DNA from: Candidatus Sabulitectum sp. | GTDB taxonomy: Bacteria > Fermentibacterota > Fermentibacteria > Fermentibacterales > JCC-6 | Length of the DNA stretch: 40,777 bases | Reading direction: 5' to 3' | Assembly: GCA_029940175.1 (NCBI GenBank) | Contig: JAOZRM010000001.1 | Span: 1 to 40,777 of the forward strand | Part shown: positions 27,275 to 36,469 of the stretch, piece after piece | How positions within the stretch are numbered: the first letter of the stretch is position 1 | Layout: each line of letters begins with the position of its first letter | Translations under genes and position numbers: made by a program | Notes under the pieces: generated by a model | What the model was told of the DNA's origin: nothing | Databases searched by the model: none | Seen by the model: only the letters and a program-made list of their open reading frames with translations

Positions 27275-28401
27275 CAGCTTTTCCTCTCTTCCTTCTTTTT
27301 ATTCCTTCTTCGATATCTGCCGCGATCTCTGTTTCTAGATTTTTTCTCCGGTGTCTCTGAACTTGATTCCGCTACCACAGTGGAAGCATCAACATTCACT
27401 TCGGGTTTCTTCTCCGAACCGGTTTGTGCTCTCTGTTTCTGTCTCTGTCCCGGCTTCGGTCTCTGCTTTGGCCTGGCTTTTTGCTTTGCCTTTTGTTTTT
27501 CTTTATCTGCAGGCAAAGAAACTTTTTTCTTATCTACAGCTGCAGTTTCAGGAAGAGTGGTCATTGTTCGTCTTCGATGAAAGTCCTCTATGGGCAGTAC
27601 TTCCTCGTCTCCGTTTCCCTCCCAGAGAAGAAGCACTGTTTCCTTAAAAATATTGACATCCTTCACAAGTGCCTGTATGCCGTTGACCCTGAGCTTCAGA
27701 CCAACCCGAGGATATGTTTTTGAAGCCTTGTGGTAAAAATCTGTTTCGTAATCCAGGCAGCACATCAAGCGACTGCACGCACCGGAAACTTTACTTGGGT
27801 TAGGTGATAAGTGTTGGTCTCTAACAGATTTAAGTGTAACAGACTTAAACTCATTAAGAAAACCTGCACAACAGAGCTGCCTGCCGCAGATTCCCACGCC
27901 GTCCTTGTACTTTGCATCATCTCTGACGCCGATCTGACGCATCTCAATCCTGGCTCTGAATGCAGATGCCATGTCACGCACAAGCCCTCTGAAATCAGTC
28001 CTCTGATCTGCGGTAAAAAATATTCTGATTCTGTTCCGGTCCAGCTGTGACTCACAATCTGTAAGACGCATATCCAGACTTCGAACCTTTACTCTCTTTT
28101 GGCAGTAGACCAGTACTTCTTTCTCAAAATCACGGTTTGATCTGAAATTTTCCATGTCAATCTCTGCTGATATTCGAAGAAAATTCCCTTCTATACGAGC
28201 CATATTGCTTTCACAGGGGGGCAATTTGGCCACTACTCTGCCCATATCCTCCCCGCGATCCACAGAAACAACGGCCATCTCGCCTATATTCACAGGTTGC
28301 TTTGTTTTGTTTGCAAACGTTAGCAATCTTCTTGATTTAAACGCTAGTTGAATAATCTCTATTGGTTGATTCTCCATTGTGCGAGCATCCTCATCTTTCA
28401 T
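27274..28401 (-). CDS. ricT: RicT/YaaT (PSP1 domain) Fe-S protein with a basic C-terminal tail
   Basis: FFTADQRTDFR, RIEMRQIGVRD, GICGRQLCC, SGACSRLMCCLDYE; lies between holB and metG. Start uncertain (28401 or 28377). Confidence 0.9.
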   Translation of the reverse strand: MKDEDARTMENQPIEIIQLAFKSRRLLTFANKTKQPVNIGEMAVVSVDRGEDMGRVVAKLPPCESNMARIEGNFLRISAEIDMENFRSNRDFEKEVLVYCQKRVKVRSLDMRLTDCESQLDRNRIRIFFTADQRTDFRGLVRDMASAFRARIEMRQIGVRDDAKYKDGVGICGRQLCCAGFLNEFKSVTLKSVRDQHLSPNPSKVSGACSRLMCCLDYETDFYHKASKTYPRVGLKLRVNGIQALVKDVNIFKETVLLLWEGNGDEEVLPIEDFHRRRTMTTLPETAAVDKKKVSLPADKEKQKAKQKARPKQRPKPGQRQKQRAQTGSEKKPEVNVDASTVVAESSSETPEKKSRNRDRGRYRRRNKKKEERKS

Positions 28402-28402
28402 G

Positions 28403-29458
28403 TCAATGCCCAATCCTGGAACCTGCTACTGCAGCAGAAAAAGCCATTGAAGGTGATACATTAGCTCTCAATCTCTGTTCACACAGGCTGAACAGCATTT
28501 CCATCCGCTGAAAAACTTCATCGTCGATACCGGTTACCTCAGGCACCGATTCTCTGGTTAACGGTGTAGCTCCTGCGAATTCTCTTCTCAGGTCGTGGAT
28601 CAGTGAATTCATCTCTGAGCAAAGGGAGAGAATTCCTTCTCTGCCAAGTTTCCGGGACAAACCTTCAACTTCAGACACAAGTTCCATGTCTCCAAGATTT
28701 TTGTTGAATATCAACTCAAAAACATCCTCCACCTGGCTCTTGTTCTTTTTCTTTTTCCTGTTCAGCGTCAGAGCTCTACCGGGACATCCATCAGAGAGAA
28801 AAGCCAGTGCTGATGCTTCATCAGCTGAAACTCCAATTCTTTCCATAAGCAGTTCTTCCAGCATGGAGGTAGTAAGCCTCCCGAATCTTACAGTGTGTGC
28901 TCTGGATCTCACTGTTGGCAGCATACCTGAGACCCTTGAGGTTACAAGGACAATAAGAGCTCCGGCAGGAGGCTCTTCCAGAGTTTTAAGAATGGCGTTG
29001 GCCGCTTCTCTTCTCAACCGGTGAGCATCATAAATTATTTCTACATACCCGTATCCTTCAAATGATTTCCTGGATAATCTGTGTCCCATTTCTCGCATCT
29101 GATCAATGGAAAGATAGGTATTCCCTTCAATGCGAAGAGGTGTGATTCCGTCTTTTGCCCTTGTTTTAAACAAGTCTACAATATCTTCGTTCTTAGTGGT
29201 CTTCATTCTGGGAATGGTTATTCTTACATCGGGATGTATCAGATCATCAATCTGTCTGCATTGTTTGCACTGTCCACAAAAACCTTTCTCAATCTCCGGG
29301 CATATCCTTGCCTTTGCAAGATCAAGAGCAGCAGTCAGTCTGCCGCTTCCATCGGGACCAGCCAGAATGTAAGCATGAGCAAGCCTGTCCGCACTCACTG
29401 CAGATGAAAGAATTTCCTTGGCCTGGTTCTGTCCCTTCAGGGTGGAAAAAAGCTTCAT
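28403..29458 (-). CDS. holB: DNA polymerase III subunit delta'
   Basis: HAYILAGPDGSG, C..CGQCKQC Zn site, HPD, AANAILKTLEEPP, LPTVRSR. Confidence 0.93.
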   Translation of the reverse strand: MKLFSTLKGQNQAKEILSSAVSADRLAHAYILAGPDGSGRLTAALDLAKARICPEIEKGFCGQCKQCRQIDDLIHPDVRITIPRMKTTKNEDIVDLFKTRAKDGITPLRIEGNTYLSIDQMREMGHRLSRKSFEGYGYVEIIYDAHRLRREAANAILKTLEEPPAGALIVLVTSRVSGMLPTVRSRAHTVRFGRLTTSMLEELLMERIGVSADEASALAFLSDGCPGRALTLNRKKKKNKSQVEDVFELIFNKNLGDMELVSEVEGLSRKLGREGILSLCSEMNSLIHDLRREFAGATPLTRESVPEVTGIDDEVFQRMEMLFSLCEQRLRANVSPSMAFSAAVAGSRIGH

Positions 29459-29460
29459 CT

Positions 29461-30588
29461 CTACTCCAGATACTCGAGTGGATTTACCGGTTGACCTGCA
29501 CGACGAATTTCAAGGTAACAGCCTGACCTTCCACCGGGCAAAGATCCGGTCATTCCAAGGAAAGATCCGGAATTCACGGTCTCTCCCCTGTCGACCTCAA
29601 GACTTCCAAGGTGTGCGTAAACACTGTAGTAACCGTCAAGGTGATCAAGAACTACCATTCTTCCCATGTTTAGAAATTCTCGTGCGTAAAGTACTACGCC
29701 GGGGCCTATGGTAGAAACTCTGGCAGAATTTCCTGCAACCGCAATGGAAACACCGTCACTGATAGTTTCTGTTCCATACACCGGATCCTGATCCAGACCG
29801 AATCCCCTTATGATTGTTCCTCTCACCGGCCAGTTAACCGATCCGCGATTAACTGCAAGGTAGGCAGTGGCAGAAATATCAACAGGTGGAATTGAAGAGG
29901 TGGATACACTGGATCTAAGGGTGGTTACGAATGCTGAAAGCTGCTGCCTTCGCTGCTCTATAGCATCCGCTGAATCACGAGCAGCGGCAATATCGCTTTC
30001 AAGACTCTGGCGAAGAAGAGTTTGCCGTTCTTCCTCTCGATATATCCGTTCCTGCGCAGCTTCCATCTGAACCCTCAGCACTCTTACATCTTCAACCAGT
30101 ATCTCCAGGGAATCGCGGTACTCAGAAAGAGAATCTCCTGATTGCTCAAGATACTGCATTCGAGTGATAGCGCTTTCTGCCAGATGATCCATGAAACACA
30201 TCCGTCTGAGGTATCTGCTGATTCCGCCTGGAGCGAACAATACCGATGACCCCACAAGCCTTCGGTGAGAATAGAGAAAGAGTATGTACTCCTCAACCCC
30301 CGTTTCCAGTTCTGCCCTTGCTGAATCGGTAAGGAACCACCTCTGGTCAATGCTGTGGATATCCATGGTAATTCTTGCTTCACGAGCTGCAAGTTCGTTG
30401 TAATATCCCCGGGCAGCTCCGAGATGTTCATGAATTCCAAGAAGAATCTCTTCACTGGATGCCTGTCTGCTCTCAAGCTCCTCCAGATACAATCTGGTCT
30501 GTTCAAGTCTAACATCCAGACTGTCGATTCCGGTGTCACCCAGCAATACAAGGCAAATAACGGCTAACACCCCAAGGCCCATCAGCAA
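29461..30588 (-). CDS. EnvC-like murein hydrolase activator (coiled coil plus degenerate M23 domain)
   Basis: Signal peptide, long coiled coil, WPVRG...FG, YSVYAHL, LEIR...VNPLEYL. Zn-binding HxxxD and HxH motifs are absent. Confidence 0.85.
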   Translation of the reverse strand: MLMGLGVLAVICLVLLGDTGIDSLDVRLEQTRLYLEELESRQASSEEILLGIHEHLGAARGYYNELAAREARITMDIHSIDQRWFLTDSARAELETGVEEYILFLYSHRRLVGSSVLFAPGGISRYLRRMCFMDHLAESAITRMQYLEQSGDSLSEYRDSLEILVEDVRVLRVQMEAAQERIYREEERQTLLRQSLESDIAAARDSADAIEQRRQQLSAFVTTLRSSVSTSSIPPVDISATAYLAVNRGSVNWPVRGTIIRGFGLDQDPVYGTETISDGVSIAVAGNSARVSTIGPGVVLYAREFLNMGRMVVLDHLDGYYSVYAHLGSLEVDRGETVNSGSFLGMTGSLPGGRSGCYLEIRRAGQPVNPLEYLE

Positions 30589-30591
30589 CTC

Positions 30592-31752
30592 CTATTTAAG
30601 CAATCTAGATGCAAGTTCCTCTGCCTTATCGGTTCTTTCCCAACTGAAACTACCATCGTCCCCGGGGATTCTTCCAAAATGGCCAAAGGCTGCAGTCTTC
30701 CTGAATATCGGTTTTCTGAGACCAAGTGCATTGATTATTTCATAAGGTTTCAGCGGGAAGATCTCAGTGACTGCCTTCTCTATATCAACAACATTCCCGA
30801 CTCTTTCCGTTCCGAATGTATCTACCCTTACGCTTACCGGTTCTGATCTTCCGATTGCGTATGCAAGCTGAATCTCACATCTATCCGCAACACCGGAGGC
30901 AACAATGTTCTTGGCTATATATCTAGCCATGTAGGCGGCACTTCTGTCTACTTTGGTGCTGTCTTTGCCGCTGAAAGCTCCACCACCGTGTCGACCCATT
31001 CCACCGTAAGTGTCTACTATTATTTTCCTGCCTGTAAGTCCGGTATCACCGTCAGGACCGCCAATAACAAATCTGCCGGCAGGGTTGTACAGGAAATGAC
31101 CACTCCACTCGAGGTACGGAACAAATGTTTCCAGCACAGGGGTGATGATCTTTTCTCTGATCTCCTCTTTCATTGATCCGTTCCCGGCATCCTCGGCATG
31201 GTGGATCGACATGAGTATTTCGGAGATCCCCACAGGTTTACCGTTCTCATATTCAACCGTAACCTGGCTCTTTGCGTCAGGCCTTGCCCACTTTATCTCC
31301 CCAGTCCTTCTCGCTTCACTTAAACGTTCAAGAAGCCGGTGTGACAGATGAATCGGATATGGCATCAGAGCCTTGGTCTCATTGCAGGCGAAACCGAACA
31401 TCATTCCCTGATCGCCGGCACCCTCATGATCGACCACACCACTGTCAATATCCGCGGACTGCGAGTGCAGCTTGATCTGGTATTCATTTTTCTCAAAGTG
31501 AAAACCTATCTCTGGAAGGGTATATCCGATGTCACTAATAGTTTCTTTTGCCAGTTTTACGTAGTCAACTTCACCAAGGGCTTTTACTTCCCCTGCAAGA
31601 AGACAGAAATTGGTTGTTACCAGTGTTTCGCATGCAACATGCGCATTGGGATCAAGGGCAAGATGAGCGTCAAGCACAGCATCAGATATCTGGTCACAGA
31701 CTTTATCAGGATGTCCCTCTGAAACTGATTCGCTTGTAAACAGCTTTCTCAT
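30592..31752 (-). CDS. metK: S-adenosylmethionine synthetase
   Basis: FTSESVSEGHPDK, GAGDQG, GGPDGDTGLTGRK, GGGAFSGKD, TAAFGHFGR. Start ATG 31752 with GGAG SD. Confidence 0.98.
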   Translation of the reverse strand: MRKLFTSESVSEGHPDKVCDQISDAVLDAHLALDPNAHVACETLVTTNFCLLAGEVKALGEVDYVKLAKETISDIGYTLPEIGFHFEKNEYQIKLHSQSADIDSGVVDHEGAGDQGMMFGFACNETKALMPYPIHLSHRLLERLSEARRTGEIKWARPDAKSQVTVEYENGKPVGISEILMSIHHAEDAGNGSMKEEIREKIITPVLETFVPYLEWSGHFLYNPAGRFVIGGPDGDTGLTGRKIIVDTYGGMGRHGGGAFSGKDSTKVDRSAAYMARYIAKNIVASGVADRCEIQLAYAIGRSEPVSVRVDTFGTERVGNVVDIEKAVTEIFPLKPYEIINALGLRKPIFRKTAAFGHFGRIPGDDGSFSWERTDKAEELASRLLK

Positions 31753-31771
31753 TAAAATCTCCATTCCTCTT

Positions 31772-31802
31772 AAATAAACGAAAGACCGTCATCCGACGGC
31801 CC
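31772..31802 (-). terminator. Attenuator terminator in the metK leader
   Basis: GGGCCGUC-GGAU-GACGGUCU stem (8 bp including G-U pairs) followed by UUCGUUUAUUU. Confidence 0.7.
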
Positions 31803-31818
31803 AGAGGTCATGGCTGAC

Positions 31819-31872
31819 GGCTTTTTAGTACTTTTTTTAGCGTGGTTGCAATACACCTCAAATCAATCCACA
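31819..31872 (-). ncRNA. SAM-II riboswitch aptamer
   Basis: UGUGG-AUUGAUUUGAGGUGUAUUGCAA-CCACG-CUAAAAAAAGUA-CUAAAAAGCC. It has P1 UGUGG/CCACG, UGAUUU, UUGCA and 3' CUAAA as in the SAM-II pseudoknot, and lies directly upstream of metK. Confidence 0.88.
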
Positions 31873-31881
31873 TACTGGGGC

Positions 31882-31910
31882 AATATAGGTAAAGACCTGA
31901 AACCAGTAAA
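31882..31910 (-). promoter_or_regulatory. Putative sigma70 promoter of the metK operon
   Basis: Minus strand TTTACT-17 nt-TATATT; the predicted start falls a few nt before riboswitch P1. Confidence 0.5.
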
Positions 31911-31923
31911 GGGTTCCAGGTCT
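31891..31923 (-). terminator. Hairpin/terminator after the carboxyltransferase gene
   Basis: AGACCUGGAACC-CUUUACU-GGUUUCAGGUCU forms 12 bp on the minus strand (one G-U) with a short U-tail. Confidence 0.6.
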
Positions 31924-31944
31924 GACTGGTGATCAAAGACTCTA

Positions 31945-33675
31945 TTACTCTTCCGATTCCGATCTGTCATTCAACGAACCGTCCTGAACAAAAGTGTTTC
32001 CGTTACCAACAGTACCGGAAAGCCTCTCTGAAAGAGAATCCATATCATCCGCAAAACGATTAAGAAGAGCATTGGCTTCAAGTGTTGCCTTTCTGCTCTC
32101 TCTCTCCTCCTCCTCCCGGGCATTTCTTTCCTCTGCCGTGGAGGCCCACTCGGCCTGCCTTAATCCTTCCAGGTAGCTTTTTCCGGAGCTGTCCGGGAAG
32201 AGGTAGTAAAGCAGCTTCTCATGAGTGGTCTCCGCAAGAGTGAGTTCGGTACCAGAAGCGGGAGGAATCCTCCTGTTAAAACCAGAGGAATCGTATTTTC
32301 TCTCATCCCTGAATCCGCACACCTCTTCACGGTAATCAGGATCGATGGGAAATGGTGTTTTCCCGTAAAATCCCGCAATCAGATTGAAGTATTGAACCGG
32401 GTTAACCGATTTTCCCATTGCAGTGAAATATGCCTTGACTCCCACGATCTGCGAAGTAGGTGTAACAAGAGGGCACCATCCAGCCTTGTGCCTGATCTCC
32501 TGAACAGCATCAAGAGCTCTTCCAAGGTATTCTGATTTGTTGTCTCTAGCCAGCTGATTAACAAAATTACTGTACATACCACCTGGGATCTGAGCTCTGA
32601 GTACTTCCATGTTCGGCTTTGGAAACCCGCAAGACAATTCCATAGCATGGGTAACCTCAAGTGCTTTATCAATTTTGCCGTTCGCAAGATTGTCCAGAAT
32701 ATTCTCCACCATGGGGAGCAGCTTATCCCTTCCAGGCCACACAGACTTGTGAATCTTCAGGTCGAACTCCTCCTCAACTTGAGCAACCACAGCAAACATC
32801 TCATCATGAATAGGCCTGAGTACACCTTCCGAAAGATCCAGTCCTGTATCTATACCAAGAACCTCAGCGAACAGGGAAAGGATCTCAATGGAAGGATGAG
32901 AAGAACCACCAGCCAGAGGAAGAAATGCGGTATCTATCTTGTCAACACCGGCCAGCATGGCGATCACTGCGGAAATATGACCATATCCGGGAGTGCAATG
33001 GGTATGTGAAACAACTGGAACTGATAAGGCTTTCTTAAGAGCCAGATAGTATTCCCAGGCTTCCTCAGGTGTTTTCAAACCTGCCATGTCCTTGTCACTC
33101 ACCATATGCGCGCCCATTCTTTCAAGTTCAACACACTTCTGTACGAAGTGATCGATACTGTAAGGAGATCCGGTGGTGTAGCATACGGCTGCATCAAAGG
33201 TTCCTCCCGCCTCATTGACTCCGTCAAGGGCAGCCTTGAAATTCGGCGTGTGATTAAGAGCATCAAAAATTCTCATCACCGACGCACCGGCCTTTACCGC
33301 TTCTCTGTTGAAATCTCTCACAATATCATCAGGATACGGATCGTACCCAAACAGATTCTGTCCACGAGACAAAGCCCGCAGTCCGGCATTGAACGGCTTG
33401 GCTATTTCGCTCATTTTTTCAAGGCGGGTAAAAGGATTCTCTCCAAGATATCGCATTGCGCTGTCAAGAGTGGCTCCACCCCACACCTCTAGAAGATCGA
33501 TACCTGTGTCTAAAATAAGCGGAAGTAGTCTCAGTACCTGCTCTGTGGACATCCTGGTTGCAAGCAGTGACTGCTGACCGTCCCTTAAACTCAAGTCTAC
33601 AAACTCAACCTTGTCACGGGACACGGCTTCCATTCTGGTAGCCGGTCTCTTCTGGAAGAAATTCTTTATTGACAT
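31945..33675 (-). CDS. Pyruvate/oxaloacetate carboxyltransferase (OadA / PycB / transcarboxylase 5S family) lacking a biotinyl domain
   Basis: RDGQQSLLATRM, WGGAT, RGQN, RIFDALN, KDMAG, HTH, PGGMYSN, PLVTPTSQIVG; no AMKM motif. Start ATG 33675 with GAGGA SD. Confidence 0.9.
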   Translation of the reverse strand: MSIKNFFQKRPATRMEAVSRDKVEFVDLSLRDGQQSLLATRMSTEQVLRLLPLILDTGIDLLEVWGGATLDSAMRYLGENPFTRLEKMSEIAKPFNAGLRALSRGQNLFGYDPYPDDIVRDFNREAVKAGASVMRIFDALNHTPNFKAALDGVNEAGGTFDAAVCYTTGSPYSIDHFVQKCVELERMGAHMVSDKDMAGLKTPEEAWEYYLALKKALSVPVVSHTHCTPGYGHISAVIAMLAGVDKIDTAFLPLAGGSSHPSIEILSLFAEVLGIDTGLDLSEGVLRPIHDEMFAVVAQVEEEFDLKIHKSVWPGRDKLLPMVENILDNLANGKIDKALEVTHAMELSCGFPKPNMEVLRAQIPGGMYSNFVNQLARDNKSEYLGRALDAVQEIRHKAGWCPLVTPTSQIVGVKAYFTAMGKSVNPVQYFNLIAGFYGKTPFPIDPDYREEVCGFRDERKYDSSGFNRRIPPASGTELTLAETTHEKLLYYLFPDSSGKSYLEGLRQAEWASTAEERNAREEEERESRKATLEANALLNRFADDMDSLSERLSGTVGNGNTFVQDGSLNDRSESEE

Positions 33676-33848
33676 ATCATCTCTTTCCTCGTAATCAGTG
33701 AGGGGTTTCTCCGATACATGCAGGGGATTATATTGAAACACGCAAGTGGAGTGTTACATCGGCATTGCAACAAATACAGAATACTATTCTATTCGTTGCA
33801 ATAATGAACTATTTGTCTTAGGTTTGTGTGCAGCAAGGGGAATTCTTG

Positions 33849-34661
33849 ATGATAAAGAACAGGGTAAAGGCTCACCTCATTCAAGCCAGAAAACATGCAA
33901 TCCTGGGCCATAGGGACCAGGCTCTTGATTCTGTAAGAAAAGCACTGGATATTGACCCTGGTGAAATTGCAATAACAGAAATACTGATTTCCATGGAACG
34001 GGTAGGCAACACCCGTGAAAGAATAAAAGATGATGATCTGGTCAACAATGCCGTTCAGAGGTCAAGTAATGAAAGGAACAATACTGCAGATATGGATTCA
34101 AAGCTTGAAAAAATCTTCAAACTCTCAGATGAGGCCCTGGCATCCGGAAACAATTCAAAAGCTCTTGCCTATCTAAAAAAGGCAGTTCAGCTTTTTCCCG
34201 ATGAACAGGAAGCAGGTCAAAGACTGCAGCAGCTCAAAGACAAAGTAAGAGCAGAGAACCTTGTGAAAATCGGCATGAAGAAGCTTTCAACAGGAGATAT
34301 TGAGAAGGCAATAACTGCTTCCAGAAGAGCCTTCGACCTTCTTCCTGAGGTTAACGGGCTTGAAGAATTGATCAGCAGCATTGAGGAAGCAGAGGCGATT
34401 TCACCTGAGGAAGAGGAAGAGGAAGAGCTTGAGCTAGATGACAATGAAGAGGTTGAGGAAACACTTCTTCCCCAGGGAGCCCAGACCATGGAAGGTGAAG
34501 CTCTCCTCTGGGCAGACAGGATTAGAACTGCTGTCAAAGATGATCATTTTGAAGAAGCGGGAAAGATGGTGGCAGAAGCCGTCAGAAGACATCCTAACGA
34601 CACACTGCTTGACTCTTTCTACTCTAAGCTCAAAAGGCTGGGTTTCGTTAAAGAAACCTGA
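33849..34661 (+). CDS. TPR-repeat protein with an acidic linker
   Basis: Four TPR-like units (KALDIDP, KAVQLFP, RAFDLLP, EAVRRHP) and a poly-Glu tract; AAGGGG SD. Confidence 0.85.
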   Translation: MIKNRVKAHLIQARKHAILGHRDQALDSVRKALDIDPGEIAITEILISMERVGNTRERIKDDDLVNNAVQRSSNERNNTADMDSKLEKIFKLSDEALASGNNSKALAYLKKAVQLFPDEQEAGQRLQQLKDKVRAENLVKIGMKKLSTGDIEKAITASRRAFDLLPEVNGLEELISSIEEAEAISPEEEEEEELELDDNEEVEETLLPQGAQTMEGEALLWADRIRTAVKDDHFEEAGKMVAEAVRRHPNDTLLDSFYSKLKRLGFVKET

Positions 34662-34670
34662 TGCTCATAC

Positions 34671-34850
34671 TCAGCCTGAGAAAAAGCCAGGAACGTTAGT
34701 TAATAGAATGCCAAGAGTAAGAGAGATTATACCAAGCAGAAACAGAACTGCAGCTCCCAGTGTGTTTCCGTTGCCTTTTCCGTTCTTGATGAATCCAAAG
34801 ATGGCCAGAAAAAGACCAATTCCAACCAGTACAAGGTATGAGTAGTTCAA
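34671..34850 (-). CDS. Small 2-TM membrane protein (59 aa) downstream of dnaJ
   Basis: Not in the track. GGAGAG SD plus TTG start gives MNYSYLVLVGIGLFLAIFGFIKNGKGNGNTLGAAVLFLLGIISLTLGILLTNVPGFFSG. It starts 15 nt after the dnaJ stop and fills the gap. Confidence 0.8.
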   Translation of the reverse strand: MNYSYLVLVGIGLFLAIFGFIKNGKGNGNTLGAAVLFLLGIISLTLGILLTNVPGFFSG

Positions 34851-34865
34851 GCTCTCTCCAATCAG

Positions 34866-35867
34866 TTAGTTACCAGCCTCTTTTACTTTCGTCCACAATG
34901 CACGTTGCTCATCGCTAAGTTCCTCGGGAAGCTTCACCACCACAGTAACAAGCTGGTCACCTGTTACTCCGTTGTGTACAACCCCTTTGCCACGCATTCG
35001 AAGAACGGTGCCTGGCTGTGTTCCAGGTTTTATTTTCAGTTTCACCTTACCATCAAGAGTTCTCACCATCAGCGAAGTACCAAGAACAGCCTGTGCTGCA
35101 GAAATTTCCACGCTGCAAAGAAGATCTCTTCCCTGTCTTGTGAAGAATCTGTCACTCTTTACACGAAGTCGAACCAGAACAGTATTTCCGCCAATGGAAG
35201 TTCTAAGTGTAGTTCCATTACTGGCACCAGGCGGGATTCTCAGAGAAACTTTTTCGTTACTCTGAATCTCTCCCGTTCCACGGCAGGTGGAGCACTTCTC
35301 CTTGAGAGTATACCCTCTGCCCCCGCAATTAGCACACGGGTGCATGGTAGAGAAAAATCCCTGTCCGCTTGATACTCTTCCCGCACCACCGCAGCTGGCA
35401 CATGTGTCACGTCCTGAACCGCCTGCACCACCGCAATCACTGCACGTTACAGGAAGTCGAAGGGTTCGCTGTACTGTTCCTCCTTTTGCCGCAGTGGTAA
35501 AAGGAATCTCAATCTCGACTTGAGATGTTCCTCTTGAAGCAGGTCGGCCTCCTCCAAACGAACCAGAACCTCCGCCACCGAACATGGATCTGAGAATATC
35601 ACTTAAATCACCGAAACCCTGACCCCCTCCGTCTCCGGAGAACGGGTCATGGCCACGTTGGCGCATGAGATCATACTGCTGGCGCTTCTCGGGGTTTCCC
35701 AGAATATCATAAGCATCAGAAATTCTCTTGAATCTCTCTTCTGCTGCAGGGTCATCAGGATTGGCATCTGGATGATTCTTCTTCGCAAGCTCTCTGTAAG
35801 CTTTTCTCAGTTCATCCGGCGAACAGCCCTCAGAAACACCAAGAATTTCGTAGAGATCTTTTGTCAA
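34866..35867 (-). CDS. dnaJ: Chaperone DnaJ (class A)
   Basis: J domain with HPD, G/F-rich region, four CxxCxGxG repeats, C-terminal domain. Confidence 0.96.
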   Translation of the reverse strand: MTKDLYEILGVSEGCSPDELRKAYRELAKKNHPDANPDDPAAEERFKRISDAYDILGNPEKRQQYDLMRQRGHDPFSGDGGGQGFGDLSDILRSMFGGGGSGSFGGGRPASRGTSQVEIEIPFTTAAKGGTVQRTLRLPVTCSDCGGAGGSGRDTCASCGGAGRVSSGQGFFSTMHPCANCGGRGYTLKEKCSTCRGTGEIQSNEKVSLRIPPGASNGTTLRTSIGGNTVLVRLRVKSDRFFTRQGRDLLCSVEISAAQAVLGTSLMVRTLDGKVKLKIKPGTQPGTVLRMRGKGVVHNGVTGDQLVTVVVKLPEELSDEQRALWTKVKEAGN

Positions 35868-36469
35868 TTGACATCAACCCCATTCCCGGGGGTCACCTTG
35901 CCAACCTTAACTCTTGCTGGTCTAAGAAGATCCTGCCCAAAATAGTAACCCTTCTGAAACACTTCAAGAACGATATCCACATCTCCCTCATCCATGCTCT
36001 CTGCAACCATTGCCTCATGAATGTTGGGATTAAATGGATCACCAGGTTCAGTAGAAACTACTTCAAGACCTTCCTTCTTCAAGACTGCTTGAAGCTGTTC
36101 CGATGTCTGCATTATCCCGTCAACAACGTCCTTGTCAGAATGATCTTCCCGACAGATGGTCTTGGCCCTGTCAAAATTATCTAACACAGTGAGAAGCTCT
36201 TCGATCAGTTTTCTTCTGCCCTGCTCTATAAGTCTCTTGAAATCCCTTGATTGACGCTTCCTGTAGTTGTCAAATTCAGCGGCAAGCCTCTGATATCTGT
36301 CAAGCAGATCATCACGCTCTTTCTCAAGAGATTCAATTTGATCAGTGGGAGAAATATCAGGATCGGGAAGATCAGGATTCTCAATCTCTGCTTCCGGTCC
36401 GGAAGGGCGGGGCTTTGCGCCTCGCCTTCCGTCTTTATCTGATTTCTTACTTCTTCTTGGATCGGCCAT
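35864..36469 (-). CDS. grpE: Nucleotide exchange factor GrpE
   Basis: AEFDNYRKR, VLDNFDRA, FNPNIHEA, QKGY...LLRPARVKV. Confidence 0.97.
   Translation of the reverse strand: MADPRRSKKSDKDGRRGAKPRPSGPEAEIENPDLPDPDISPTDQIESLEKERDDLLDRYQRLAAEFDNYRKRQSRDFKRLIEQGRRKLIEELLTVLDNFDRAKTICREDHSDKDVVDGIMQTSEQLQAVLKKEGLEVVSTEPGDPFNPNIHEAMVAESMDEGDVDIVLEVFQKGYYFGQDLLRPARVKVGKVTPGNGVDVN

Noticed and set aside
29461..29850. Active M23 endopeptidase
   Set aside because: Zn ligands are missing, which is normal for EnvC-type activators; it is neither novel nor a pseudogene.
34405..34460. GAG/GAA repeat tract as a tandem repeat element
   Set aside because: It simply encodes the poly-Glu linker of the TPR protein.
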